This document shows, piece after piece, positions 24,901 through 39,420 of a DNA stretch of 64,000 nt; the stretch's first letter is position 1, and each line of letters begins with the position of its first letter. Below the pieces are notes generated by a model, which saw only the letters and a program-made list of their open reading frames with translations, did no database searches and had not been told where the DNA came from. The stretch spans positions 558,001 through 622,000 of the forward strand of contig JBDOQK010000001.1 of assembly GCA_040437565.1 (NCBI GenBank), in the 5' to 3' direction. Both the position numbers and the translations under genes were made by a program. Source of the stretch: Albugo candida (lineage: Eukaryota).

Positions 24901-25618
24901 ATCTCAAAGCATTTGATAACTCATCAAATGATAGCTCCCGTTCCGGCTCAAATTGCTCTGTTTCGCGTAACATTTGTTCAGAAATCGTGCTACGACGAAA
25001 TGTACTTCGCGGCGCTGAAAAGGAAAAAGAGTATGCAGAATTGTCGGATCGTCGACTTCGAGCAAAGTCATCAGAATCGGTATAGATCAATGTGTTTCTT
25101 GTACTTGCAATGCTATCCCTAATGACCTCTTCGGGCGACACCATTCCGTCTGCCGGAATCGGTGGATTAGGATTCAGACAACTTGAAGATTCTGATTCAT
25201 TATTTGTGCGACTCGATCGTTTCATACTTTCTATAAAGTAGTCGGCGGCATCAAAGGTATCCTTGGCATTGACCTTTCCATCAGACCTGAAAACTTTTTC
25301 CGATAGTATGACATTATTATTCCGCCCATTTTGTTCGTAAAGTGTGGTAGCAGAGACAGAGCGGGTCGGCGCCGGTGGAATCATGTAAAAGCTTGATTTT
25401 GTATTATTGGTATACAATTTGTGATGTAGTTCATCTGATATTTGCGTTGTGTCGGCACATGTGTTGAGCTTGTTTATGCTTCTGGATTCCTGGTGGTTTG
25501 TTATCGCTTCATTCTGCAGAAAGTGGTCGTGTGACACGGATCGTGAGCGATACTGCAATCTACTCTCTTCGGTGTCGTGTAACAAATCAGACTCTGATAG
25601 CGAAGTATCCTTTTCCAT
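21980..25618 (-). CDS. Tandem RGS-RGS-DENN domain protein (1212 aa, single ORF)
   Basis: RGS-like IEEIVSNPQMMRYY...LFFLCSFHEYR...IAQKYL...FPKFRQTELY and LEDILMNHRFANFF...IALWLDIE...YHRFLTSRAY. DENN motifs ICITSKFP, ILLESRVLFIS, YPLLWPHIYVPVLP, YLECPTPFIFGV and a dDENN-like end. Confidence 0.85.
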   Translation of the reverse strand: MEKDTSLSESDLLHDTEESRLQYRSRSVSHDHFLQNEAITNHQESRSINKLNTCADTTQISDELHHKLYTNNTKSSFYMIPPAPTRSVSATTLYEQNGRNNNVILSEKVFRSDGKVNAKDTFDAADYFIESMKRSSRTNNESESSSCLNPNPPIPADGMVSPEEVIRDSIASTRNTLIYTDSDDFARSRRSDNSAYSFSFSAPRSTFRRSTISEQMLRETEQFEPERELSFDELSNALRLKHQEHEQSIEMTSIKKEEDKVKQEHARYRWAQHMKLKARNLLFNPTPSSPWNDNGSANESNKLSRHSEDKVICAPKELKLNSIQGKGRIVTVASLAPSAPSSIPALAKWMQEQYQSNIMNKRFPFGMHPSAGVTTSYNDTPMKLISIEEIVSNPQMMRYYAASFSNPTHQSKLFFLCSFHEYRHFWCTLRVNYLETQKSLRRLPTATPRSLEMSVFQPFGKDDVLLLRTYGVKIAQKYLAKNAQFHIGAEFVTSDLLRRMKRNIAAGGEDALHAFDVVVTRVKHYLMKTFPKFRQTELYTDMLKRVPREVIYLEDILMNHRFANFFWIFLFPHHYHREIALWLDIEYEFKPAYRRYASLMRSRGKENENKEQVDYHCRGLVRYIVQKYYKGDLEMQGLERSLTRTYAKLQQEQDSIMERFGTKHLELYHRFLTSRAYAEFSLYHKVPPSTSDASSMDDFQRLATLLLDYGLRAHTWPAEMSRFNCKIYEPSGLGSGQEIDPITGIMTFEAIEDLIDQQHTTKFQMQIVQHHRADTPEVHALDKMFESFLVPWSRDPFDVLSTGESRPSPIAYNFRVGDSSSSTALNAACLVMHKQSSASICRNGISKCHWVPYGICITSKFPLVDTLRERITEAFEVVVERDVLKTTKSSKESNLASVEHKNREKVSHELDPKLVAKLARSMRVENEKQMHVTRYMKSFSSQPKVLSSLPKSSPLSVIPSLDYSVRPLFDLLDISTLILVFSAILLESRVLFISSYFSVLFKAAEIAKALIYPLLWPHIYVPVLPRRMLQYLECPTPFIFGVNKSWLDDAMMRDLLAEDILIIDLDIGRAVGHGATSILKLPSSTIKSLRKGLYEQLKPSVTKSDHIFAHQFPARLSVFPEYAIRALFQVTVLDLIRDFGYHRFVWKDERSNAQMIFFDEASYLAGSPPEKREFLTSLIATQAVSEFVVSFTGFEYLMHSETNKTLGKARTR

Positions 25619-25671
25619 TTAGTGCGAATAACTGCGAATCAACCGGTAGAAATGCCGTTCTTCGATTAAAT

Positions 25672-27572
25672 TTAGGAAACATCTGATTTGACAAAATGAA
25701 TCGGAGGTCGCTGATAACTGGTTTTGAACAGCACTCCAAAAGGCTGCCGCTTTATGTGTTCGCGCAAATTACATCGCTTCACTTGCATCTCTTCCAAGCG
25801 TTCCGCTGCTACCAATTCTTCAGCTTGTGCATCTCGCAACGCATTTTCAAGCTCTGATTTTTTATTTCCTACCGCGGGTGAAGAAATCTGGTGGCATAAC
25901 TTTTTGCACTTTGCTTTTACTTCAAAAAGCTGGCGCTCACTGAGTTCTACAATTCGGGTTTGGGTGCGCTCAATCACTAGTATGAAAACTATTCAGTATA
26001 AGCTGATGCTTGTTGAGACTGAAATCTTACCTCGTAAGCAGTATTCGCACCCCTGCTCTTGCTTCGTCTTCCGACAACTTTGTTGATGAAGAAAGTGGAC
26101 TGCGACCTTCTCGCATTCAGGTTCCTCACAGCGAACACCGTCGGAGTGATGCTTGATGTGTTGGTTAATCTCTCCACAGTCTAGAAGACATTTTTCTGGA
26201 TTTGAAATGCAAAAGGATGCATCTGCTATTGAAAATCCGATTCTAAGGTATTCCGCGAGTTTTTTCTTCTTGATGTTTTTCGAGTCATTCAAGATTTCTC
26301 TGATCCAGTCCACTTCTTCTTTTGGAATAAAAACTTTTTCATCGGCTTCGGTGTCAGTTGTGAGAATATCATGTATTTTCAGTTTTTTTTTGCTTGGGTT
26401 TCCATCTGTATCATCAGAGATACAGTTTTCCACATTGACATGAGCCGATCCATGATGAATGAGCGGTAATGTATGATAATCAAATTGAATTCTCCGACAC
26501 ACTCCCTTCCAATCTTCCAGTGCATCGATATAGTATTTTAGATGCTTTTGCACATTCTGCAAATAATTTGTCGCCTGCTGCTTTCGTAAACTTACATTAG
26601 GATCCGTATTCGAGTAATCACGATTCAGTTTTTCAAGAGCTCGTTTTTCTTTTGCCATTTGATACTTTAACCCCACAATCCAAATTTGTTGTCGTCGAAT
26701 CATTACTGTGTGACAGACGTGATGTGAGGCATAGTAGAGAAAAATCCGGCTCAGTTGGACGAACCTGGAGCACAAAATGAACAATTTCTAGCATTAGTGC
26801 ACTGATTAATATGAGAATAAACTTGATTGATGAAACAGCATTGATTGTTTTCAGCACAGAGTTGCTTCTTTTGAAAGTGATCGTAGTGCATCGTGAGAGA
26901 TTGGCACATCGGGTGCTTTTCATGTGTTTGAAAAGAATTACAAAAGCGTGCATCTTCTACTTTACAAGCATCAAAAATACGATCATTCAAATCTTTCTCT
27001 CTTTCTGCGCTACTTTGATTGGATTGGAGCAGTTCACTAATCGTCGGCCACCGGTTGAATGCAGCAGACTTTGTGATAGAAAGCGTCTGTGGTGCTGGAA
27101 CGCAAGATGATTCTTCTTCAGAAAGCGATCCACCTGGTTCATTGATCGTAACTTCATTTGAATTCATACTTTCATTTTCCTTTCCTATTGTCGTTTGTGA
27201 GCTTTCTTGAACGGCTTCATGTTCTCGATCATCACTCTCAACCTTGGCCGATTCCGTGACAGAATTCTCATTTACGACCTGTGGAGTAGAATCAATCAAA
27301 ATCTCGGCATGTTTGTCGCTGTGCGCTTCCGTGAAAAGATGTGGATATCGCAGGTACAATATTTTGAAAGGGAGATACTTAATACCTGCTGCCGCACTCC
27401 CTTTCCAATCTATCAAATGGTCTTGTCCAAAGCCTCTAGAGTGCCAAAGTATGGTACACGATGAGCACAAATGTTTCGTTCCACGTGGATCACATATGAT
27501 ACATCGAAAGAACCATTCTTTAACGCCACACCAATCGCAAATTGAGTGAGAAAGCGATTTAGTGTTGGGCAT
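25672..27572 (-). CDS. B-box-like plus two TAZ-like zinc-finger protein (3 exons)
   Basis: N-terminal CDWC...CIIC...LCSSC...H...H; two Cys/His clusters (HINQCTNARNCSFC and HQQSC...CEYC). GT-AG introns at ~26764-26706 and ~26030-25978 join the ORFs in frame. Confidence 0.65.
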
Positions 27573-27774
27573 CGTCGCTTTTGATGCCGACAGTATGACG
27601 GTATTGGTACCGTAACCCACATAATACACGTGAAAAGAAATGTGGCTGATAGTAAAACGGAAAAAAGCTGCTCATAAAACAAAAGGAAAATAAATGCTTT
27701 TATTTCTTAGACAGCGTCCAAGAAGCCTACGGAAATAGCCACAATTCTCGTCGCCTGGCCTCTCAAATATTGCA

Positions 27775-28311
<537 letters not shown>

Positions 28312-28804
28312 TTAATTTTATTCAAAATTAAGATGTTACACCTCTTGAATATGATCCAAATTACATATCTGAGCAAAAAGCTGCTGTTTGGAAACTGCTC
28401 CTTCTTTCTTAGGAACAAAAGACGCGTAACGCGTTTCACTCGTTCTGAAGTCAGCAAGAAGATAAAAACTATGCGAGCCAGAAGGAGTAGCATCACTATA
28501 CTGAAATGTCTCGTCTACATGCTTTTTACAGAAAGGCCTCAGTGCGGCAGTGTTTGAGAAAGTACATGCACGAAAGTGGCGACATCTTTTAACGTACTCA
28601 CACGACCGTCATTCACACTTGCGTATGTGTCACTCGTTGTATGTTTACATCGCATAGTCGTTTACCATACAGAATCGTATAATCAGCTCTATTCTGCATC
28701 TGTAAAAAAGTGCATATTGCAGTTCTAGTACAATCCACCTGATCTATAAATATTGTTGCCATAAACGAGACATTTTAACACATTTTCTATTCTAAATCAC
28801 GACG

Positions 28805-30312
28805 ATGGGCGGACGGCATTCTCGTTTACAAAATGCGGCCGTGGCACCAAACGGTTCAAGTCATAACGCTGTGAGTAAAAAGTTTCCATCCATACCTCAT
28901 TCAGCCGCATTGCATTCTTCTCTTTGTGCAAGCAGTAGCAGCGCGAGTAGCCCAGCCGCTTCTGCCGTACGTCCAAAAGCACCAATCTCCCAATCGCTAC
29001 GTGAGCGAAGTTACGTCAGGAAAAACTCCATCAGATCAAGCAATACGCGTCGAGATGTGTTTAGCGTATTCGCCGACCATGGTGTCGTATTGAATCGATT
29101 CGAAAAAAGCTCCAATTCGTTCAGGTGACTCCTCAAGTAGATGTGGCGATGTTGATAGGGATGATGAGCTGCGTGTTTCGTCGTCTCATAGCATGTCCGA
29201 CGCTACGACGTCCTCGGAGGTATCGGAAGCCTCCTGCTATCAAACCCGGCTTGACCATGAACAATGTGTTGAGGAGTTAAATTTCAAGTATGGAATCGCA
29301 TCCGATAAAGGATTACGCTTACAAAATGAAGACCGGACGGCGTACCACACCAAAGATATCGCCGGTGAATTAGTCGCATACTTTGGNNNNNNNNNNNNNN
29401 NNNNNNNNNNNNNNNNNNNNNNNNNNNNNNNNNNNNNNNNNNNNNNNNNNNNNNNNNNNNNNNNNNNNNNNNNNNNNNNNNNNNNNACAAAATGAAGACC
29501 GGACGGCGTACCACACCAAAGATATCGCCGGTGAATTAGTCGCATACTTTGGGCTGTATGATGGACACGGTGGTGCCCAAGTTTGCGATTATCTAGAGCA
29601 GAATTTGCACGCAATAATCTTTGATCAAATAGCAACGACGGGACGTATTACTGACGCGATCATTAAAGCATATGCATCAACTGATGAATCTATCTTCCAA
29701 CAAGAGGTACAACACGGGTCCACTGCTGTTTCTGTCATCATCCGGGGCTCTGAATTGTTTCTGAGTTCTTTGGGCGATTCACGAGTTGTTTTATGTCATG
29801 ACGGTAAGGCCATCAATGTGTTCACGCCTCATACACCAAAACTATCGAGTGAGTATGAAAGAATATGTGCAGCAAAAGGATCGGTGATCCAAGACCGTAT
29901 CTTCGGTGTCCTGGGAGTTTCTCGCGCTTTCGGTGACAATGATTTTAAGACATCAAGGGGTCGTTACAAAGACCGCTTTAACGGAGATATCGTGTCAGGC
30001 TCACCAGACGTCACCAGCTTGCATATCGACCGTACGATGAGATTTATACTTGTAGGATGTGACGGTTTGTTTGATATTTTGACATCCCAACAAATCGTAG
30101 ATTTTGTTTGTATGAAATCCAATTGCGCTGATGTTCAACAAATTGCCCAAGATCTCGTCGCGTATGCAATATCGGCTGGATCTACGGATAACGTGAGTGT
30201 TATTCTCATTTATTTTGGCGGTGTTGATTCTTCGTCAAGCCATTCCCAGCAAAACTGCATCAAAGTATTTATTGAGAATGCGAATCCAGATCTCCAAAGT
30301 AACTCAATATAA
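28805..30312 (+). CDS. Protein phosphatase 2C (PPM family)
   Basis: NEDR, YFGLYDGHGG, GSTAV, LGDSRVV, LGVSRAFGD, GCDGLFD, GSTDNVSV. Probable intron ~29125-29158; the gap at 29387-29486 has duplicated flanks. Confidence 0.92.
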
Positions 30313-30344
30313 GAATTTCGTTCGAGTGCGTCGATGGAGGCGCG

Positions 30345-32309
30345 TTATGTTACGAGTACATCGAGTTGTCCATCTTGTTTCACTAGATCGCGCCTTCGCT
30401 TGCGGTCATTCATCCGATCTTTTTTCTCTTTCACAGATAGTCCAGTGTCCCGCTTTGGTAGTGGCAAGTGAGTGCGACGCGTGCATTGACTCAGTAAAGG
30501 GTGAATTTTACTCCATTTTATTGTTCTGAGACATGTATCACTGCCCTTTACAATGAGATTTTTCTCAATTAGAAGGTGTTCCAATGTCGGTGAATGATGA
30601 TGCAATTGTTCTACCGCACGTAATGGATCTATGTCAAAATGATTCATTTCATTCAACCAGCTTTCTAGTATCGCACTTTTGATTTTGTGAAACTCATAAA
30701 GCGCCAAGATTTCGTCATACAAGTGGGATAATGCCAACGGTGAATAATCAAAGTTGATACCATTAAAGCGGCAGTCGTGCAATACCAACGGATGATCCGG
30801 TGCTATTGCATACTGTGGTTTTCGAGGGTACAGATCAATGTTGAGCATTTTTTTAACGATCGAAGGCTCCTCACGACCCTGTCCAATTAGAAATAATATC
30901 GATACCATACATCGAACTTGATGCCATAAGAATGCATTTCCATGAATCTGCAAAATGTGTCAGAAAAATGTGAGAATGTAGCACAAAAGGTGTTTACCTC
31001 AATATAATACATTTGATAGTATGGCTTTTTGGCAACAGTCTCGTCAGAAAGCTTGATTTGAAAAGACCGAACAACACGGTTGAATGTCTGGCAATTCGTA
31101 TCAATGCGACAGAAATTTCGAAAGTCGTGTGGACCTTCAAAGGCAGTTGCAGCATCGCGCATTTTTTCAATGTCCAAATCCTTTCGCATAAAGAAGTAGC
31201 GATAGGATCGACCTCTGTCACAATTAAATCTCGCGCTGAAATTGGTTGGAGCATTCACAACGGAGTAAACGCGAATATCGGACGGAAGTGTACGATTTAA
31301 TGAGGCCGCGTAATCAACTTCTGTGATGTTCCTAATACGTCCATCTCGAGTCTTCACACGGACTTGGCCACCCGAAAGTACTTGATTCAGTGAGGCAACA
31401 TCCAGTAATTCAGCATCGATCGGTACGTTAGAACGCACTTTAATTCCAATTACTTGACCAAACGCACTCACACCTTTGTCAGTTCGTCCGCAACGGCTGT
31501 AGCAACAGTCATCAATGCTAGTAATCAGTTTTGTCCGCTGCATGGTCTCAAACAGGTATTTCTCTACAGTCTCCTACTGGACGATTAGCAAGTGTCAAAG
31601 ACGCTCTCAGAGTGAGAAACGAAACAAAACCTCGATATGATCTTGACGGGCATAGCCACAATAGCGCTCTCCGATATATAGGAATTTGATAGCGACCATG
31701 CGTTGCCGATAATTTCCCATGNNNNNNNNNNNNNNNNNNNNNNNNNNNNNNNNNNNNNNNNNNNNNNNNNNNNNNNNNNNNNNNNNNNNNNNNNNNNNNN
31801 NNNNNNNNNNNNNNNNNNNNNGTCCGCTGCATGGTCTCAAACAGGTATTTCTCTACAGTCTCCTACTGGACGATTAGCAAGTGTCAAAGACGCTCTCAGA
31901 GTGAGAAACGAAACAAAACCTCGATATGATCTTGACGGGCATAGCCACAATAGCGCTCTCCGATATATAGGAATTTGATAGCGACCATGCGTTGCCGATA
32001 ATTTCCCATGCAAAATTTTCTTTCATCCCTTTTCGCAATTGTTTTCTTTTTATCTTTCGCTTCTAAAATATTCTTAATGGATTGCGAGATGATTTCTACG
32101 TTTGATAGACCAAATTACATAGAGTCATAGCCATGGATACAAACCGTACCAGTTCCAACATGCTTATGAAGCTCATGGATAACAGCAATCAGATTGGAAC
32201 GAGTCAATTGCTGATCGAAACTGCTCAGCAAGTCTGACAGCTGTATCGTGCTTTCGTTTGCTATCATGGCCAGTAATTTATTGTGGTGTGGTGTACATGA
32301 AATTTCCAT
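30345..32309 (-). CDS. PUS3: tRNA pseudouridine(38/39) synthase, TruA family, multi-exon
   Basis: RMVAIKFLYIG, YSRCGRTDKGVSAFGQV, FSARF, FEGPHDFRNFC, GNAFLWHQVRCM. Start is at 32309 or 32267; part of the gene is duplicated around the gap at 31722-31821. Confidence 0.9.
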
Positions 32310-32312
32310 CCT

Positions 32313-33608
32313 TCATGGCAAGAATGCTCGAATGCTTTCATACAGATACTCTGACGGATACCGCCCGATATTCTCCAGTCTGGATGGTTCGATATCGTAC
32401 GAAGGATGCATTGCCTCAAAGTACAGCTGACATGCGGTCTTGTACTTTCCACATTGTGATGCTTTAGTGATCGAAATGATCTTGTCTTTTTCCAGGTTTT
32501 TGGCATGTAATTGTGTTTGTAGTGTCATGGAATCCCAGTGCTTGAACGGGCATCCATGATACTGCCCGTTTTTCGGAGGCGCGGAATCGCAAAGCTGCTG
32601 ACAGTTGTACGGTTCGAAATCCTTACGTCCTCCTTCCAAACCATAACTATGACGGATGCTGTAAGCACAGCGTTTTTGAAATTCGACTTCCGAGATTTTT
32701 TTTGTAAACTCGTTTTTCCAGAAGCGTAAGTTTTCGTCGACTTTGAATCCAAGGCTTTTTAGAAAAAGGCGATATTGTAGCCGACCATTATATTTCAAGT
32801 GATGATTTTCACGAAGTTTATTGTGAAGATGCTGCATGCAAAGCGGGTAATGTCGTAAAGCAACGTGATCGATAGTATCAAGGGTCAGGTAGAACGGAGG
32901 GCCAGCACGTGCTTTCTGGTTTGTTGTCGAAGATATTTTTGAGCCGTAGTAGGAGGAAAACTTGTCGAAGATGAAAGCGAGTCTTTGTATTTCTTGCTGA
33001 TGTACCGCTAAGGCTTTCTTCAACACCTTCATCTGAAATACGAAAGTACTCCGAAAATGATAGCTGATCATGTAGATCAAATCTCTTTCGGGAAGGATGC
33101 AAAATCCATTTCGAATCATAACCCGACGATCTCGAATGAGTTCATTACACTCTGTGAACGGGACCAAAAACAGCCTCGTCGTATTGAGATCTTCCTTGCT
33201 GATATTCGCCTGCATCCACTCACTTTCAAAATGCGTCAAACTATCAAAGGTGATGGTAGTATAAGATACTCCAAAAATACGGCGCAACACTTGGAGGCAG
33301 TCTTCCCGACAAATTCGCATTTTAAATAGTTTTGTTTCGGTATCAATAAACCATTCAGTCCAGTCGCTAACGCAGGCGGCCACTCTGAGAATATAATGTG
33401 AATACGAATCCTTTGCCGCGTTCTGCATGACTTGGTGAGCGTCTTGGGACACATGCTTCATACATTCTTCATAACAGTGTTCCTTCAAACATTGACGCTC
33501 GTCGACTTGATGAATTGCAAGAAGTACCTCGAGTCTACAAAGGCCATAACATTCAAATTCTTCCAATGTGAATGGCTTCTTTGGTGGATTCGGATAAAAT
33601 TGCTGCAT
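32313..33608 (-). CDS. PRIM2: DNA primase large subunit (Fe-S cluster domain)
   Basis: DSYSHYILR, YPLCMQHLH, HHLKYNGRLQY, YSIRHSYGLEG, YNC, HGCPFKH and TAC (four Fe-S cysteines). First ATG at 33608. Confidence 0.88.
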   Translation of the reverse strand: MQQFYPNPPKKPFTLEEFECYGLCRLEVLLAIHQVDERQCLKEHCYEECMKHVSQDAHQVMQNAAKDSYSHYILRVAACVSDWTEWFIDTETKLFKMRICREDCLQVLRRIFGVSYTTITFDSLTHFESEWMQANISKEDLNTTRLFLVPFTECNELIRDRRVMIRNGFCILPERDLIYMISYHFRSTFVFQMKVLKKALAVHQQEIQRLAFIFDKFSSYYGSKISSTTNQKARAGPPFYLTLDTIDHVALRHYPLCMQHLHNKLRENHHLKYNGRLQYRLFLKSLGFKVDENLRFWKNEFTKKISEVEFQKRCAYSIRHSYGLEGGRKDFEPYNCQQLCDSAPPKNGQYHGCPFKHWDSMTLQTQLHAKNLEKDKIISITKASQCGKYKTACQLYFEAMHPSYDIEPSRLENIGRYPSEYLYESIRAFLP

Positions 33609-33670
33609 TCTATAGTCGCACAATCACTGGTTATAAGTTGTATCGCAGGTAGATTTCGTGGTGTTTCGAT

Positions 33671-35199
33671 ATGAGCTCATCCGAGCTTTTATTCGCCTTT
33701 GTGATACTTGCCGATATATTATTTTCTGGTATTATTTTTGGATGGGGACCACTGCTTTTAATTCTCATCGAAGAGCGACAATATGGCGAATTCTGCGGAG
33801 ACTCTCACGAGGCGAATAAGATATGTCAAGCTCAAGAAAATCGACTTAATTTGATATTTGCATTAGCTTCTACTGCTATGAATGCTGCTGCGCTTCCTAC
33901 TGGATTACTCCTGGATCGGTTCAGGCCAACCATACTGATAACATGTGCCGCTGTTATGGAGATTACTGGGCTTTTTCTGTTCGCATTTGCCGATTCTAAA
34001 ACATTTGACCTCTTTGTTCCCGCTTATGTTCTTTTAGCAGCGGGAGGGTGTATAACGATGATGACTTCATTCCCAGCTAGCTTTGGAGCAAAACATCATC
34101 AAACAGCAGCTCTTGCTGCTATCAGCTGCTCCTATGATGCAAGTAGCGCGATCTTCCTTCTCGCGTACGCGATACACGAGACTTTTGGTGTCACCAAACG
34201 AAATCTTTTTCTATCTCATGCGATCCTGGGGATTTTCGTGTATGGAGCTCTAATCATCTTGTGGCGAATCAATGAGCAAGTATTGTATAGGAAAATACCT
34301 CCACCGGAGTCACGTAACACCACAGTAAAGAAAGTCTCTGTGGGAGTCCTGGTGGATAAATCTATGTATTCTCCGCTGAGCAAAAAGGATGTTAAACGGT
34401 TGGGAGAGCAATCGTGTGTCCAATATGGAAGCCTGAATGCCCAGAATATCACAACTCTACACAACGAAAACAAGCTTCAACAATATCACGCTGGAGGAGT
34501 AGCCCGAGTATCCAAGTGGGATTTGCTGAATTACAATTAAGGATCAATTGTGCACATTTGAATTTGTCTACATTCTCATTCTTGCGTCATTCCACATGTT
34601 ACGAACCACTTTATTTATCGGCACAGCCAACAAGCTACTCGAGGTTGGCTTTCGTTGCACAGGGAGCACTAGATGCATAGACTCATACTTTTGTTGTTTT
34701 TTAGAACTATGGCGATGTGAAACAAGGGCATTTTTATACAAAAGTATTTGGTTTTGTGCTACCATTAGGATTTGTATTTGTTCCAGTAATTGATCGCGTT
34801 GTGGAAGGAAAGGGCTTAGTGTATGCTCTAAAGTTCATCAGTACGTTGGGACTGCTTTACAACGTGCTCAGCTTCGTACCCGTTTTACCGCTCCAACTTG
34901 TCACGTGTGTACTCTTTACAGCTTTTCGTGCGTTCGTGTACGCTGTTATATCGGCCTTTGTGACCAAAACATTTGGACTAAGCAACCTCGGAGCTATTAT
35001 GGGCATCATCTATTCATTCGGATCCATTACAAGTTTTCTTGAATACCCTGCGTTAGCAATTTCGAATTCGTATTTGGACGGCGATTTGAATGTGGTGAAT
35101 GGACTTTCATTACTCCTTGCAATTTCTCTTTGCCCCCTCACACAAATGTACGAGCGGCATCACCGATTTCGCCAGCAAAAACACTGTCAATGGAGTTGA
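33671..35199 (+). CDS. MFS transporter, SLC43/LAT3/FMP42-like, about 3 exons
   Basis: LFSGIIFGWGPL, CQAQENRLNLIF, GLLLDRF, SYDASS, TFGLSNLG and many hydrophobic helices in ORFs 33671-34540 and 34717-35199. Confidence 0.85.
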
Positions 35200-35278
35200 A
35201 ATACACAAAGAACAGCCTGACGAAGTACAAGTATCAAGTTCATAGTATGGAAAATCTGTTTGGAATATATTTTTGATA

Positions 35279-36550
35279 TCAATGAGCGATACCAAACGAT
35301 TTCGTACTCGGCAAAATTTTCTTCTCAGACGAAAATGAAGTGAATGAAGCTTTCCGCTCTCGAATGACGCGAGCTTCGGGAGGGATTACATTCTGTGTGG
35401 TCGTGTGGGTCGACCGGTTTCTCGATACATAAGTATTTTTCAAATCGTGAAGCTTCTTGGTCGCTTCTACAATTTGCCTCGACTCCAAGGCAGTTTGCAC
35501 ATTCCGATTCCGCTGAAGTAAGCGTTTGGAATCTACAGCGCGTTGATTCAAATGCTCTGTCCGTTTCGCCTCAATTCGTTTACAAAGCGCTTGCAGCTCT
35601 GCTTGGTGTTGTTGGCGTAACTTTGCTTCTTTTTTCGAATGGCCCGTATGGCAATCACCGCCCAGTTTGGTCCGCTCGTACTGCTCCATACCGTCGACAA
35701 ATTGCTTGATTTTCTGAGCTTCCGCATACTTTTTCTGTTGTGCTAATCGATATTGGCGACGACGCCAATCGATCAATTCCTTGGAGAATTTTGGTGTTCG
35801 TTCTGCAGAGTCTTGCGTCAATTTTTCACGTAAATCGCTCAATTCCAAAGCGTGTTTCTGACTCATTTGCTGCGTATACTTGGCCGCCATTCGATCATAT
35901 TGCTCCAAGTATTGATCCCAAGCTTGATTGAAATCATGAAATTGCAAATTGTGTGCGATTTGAACATCTTGACGTTCCGCCATTTGCTTTGCTTTCAGCG
36001 CTTTTGTTTGCCGTTTGAATTCTTGCGTGCGTAAAACTTGTAATTGCGTATCAGCGCGTTGTGCCTCCAAGTAATTGCCCTCTTGCTCGCATTTGAGACG
36101 ATACTCTTCCAAAATGCTGATAAATTCGCCAACTTTAGTACTATCTCCAAGTGGGTCAGAAGCATGCTCAAGGTCTTCTGAAGTCGACGTATTCGTATCA
36201 AAGACCGTCGTGAGACTTTTAGTGTGTGAGTGCAGTACCGATAGAAAAGTGTCAAACGAGACGTGATGTTGCCCATTACAAGCAGCATCGAATGCAGCCA
36301 TATGTTCTATGAGGAGAATCGGTCAAGGGCTTTGACACTGAGACACGATATTAAAAATCAAACCGTTGGCTGTATCGCTTCTGATCTGACCAAGTATTAC
36401 TGGTAGATGCGTTACTGCAATTTTGCCACTGGCATTCTCATCATACATATCAAACACCGCTACAGATCGAATAAGCTTTGTGATGAAAGCAGAGAAGCGT
36501 GAATTTTTACCTCGTAGTGCAAGCATTTCATCAGTGTCTGGGGCGCTCAT
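35279..36550 (-). CDS. EF-hand plus long coiled-coil protein, multi-exon
   Basis: AVFDMYDENASGKI (EF-hand) and VSFDTFL, followed by a coiled coil containing LEEYRLKCEQEGNYLEA and QKKYAEAQKIK. Confidence 0.7.
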
Positions 36551-36674
36551 CTGCTTCTATGAGACCAATGTGCTCACGTTGTACAAAATGGTAATCGACT
36601 TTTTCTGCATTGAAATCTGAAAATACCACTCGAAATAACCAAAATTAAGAATAGATGTGAGCATTGCGTATCGG

Positions 36675-39420
<2,746 letters not shown>

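Noticed and set aside
22365-25122. Many short ORFs antisense to long genes (here and throughout the window)
   Set aside because: They are shadows of real coding sequence on the opposite strand, often with non-ATG starts, and carry no motifs.
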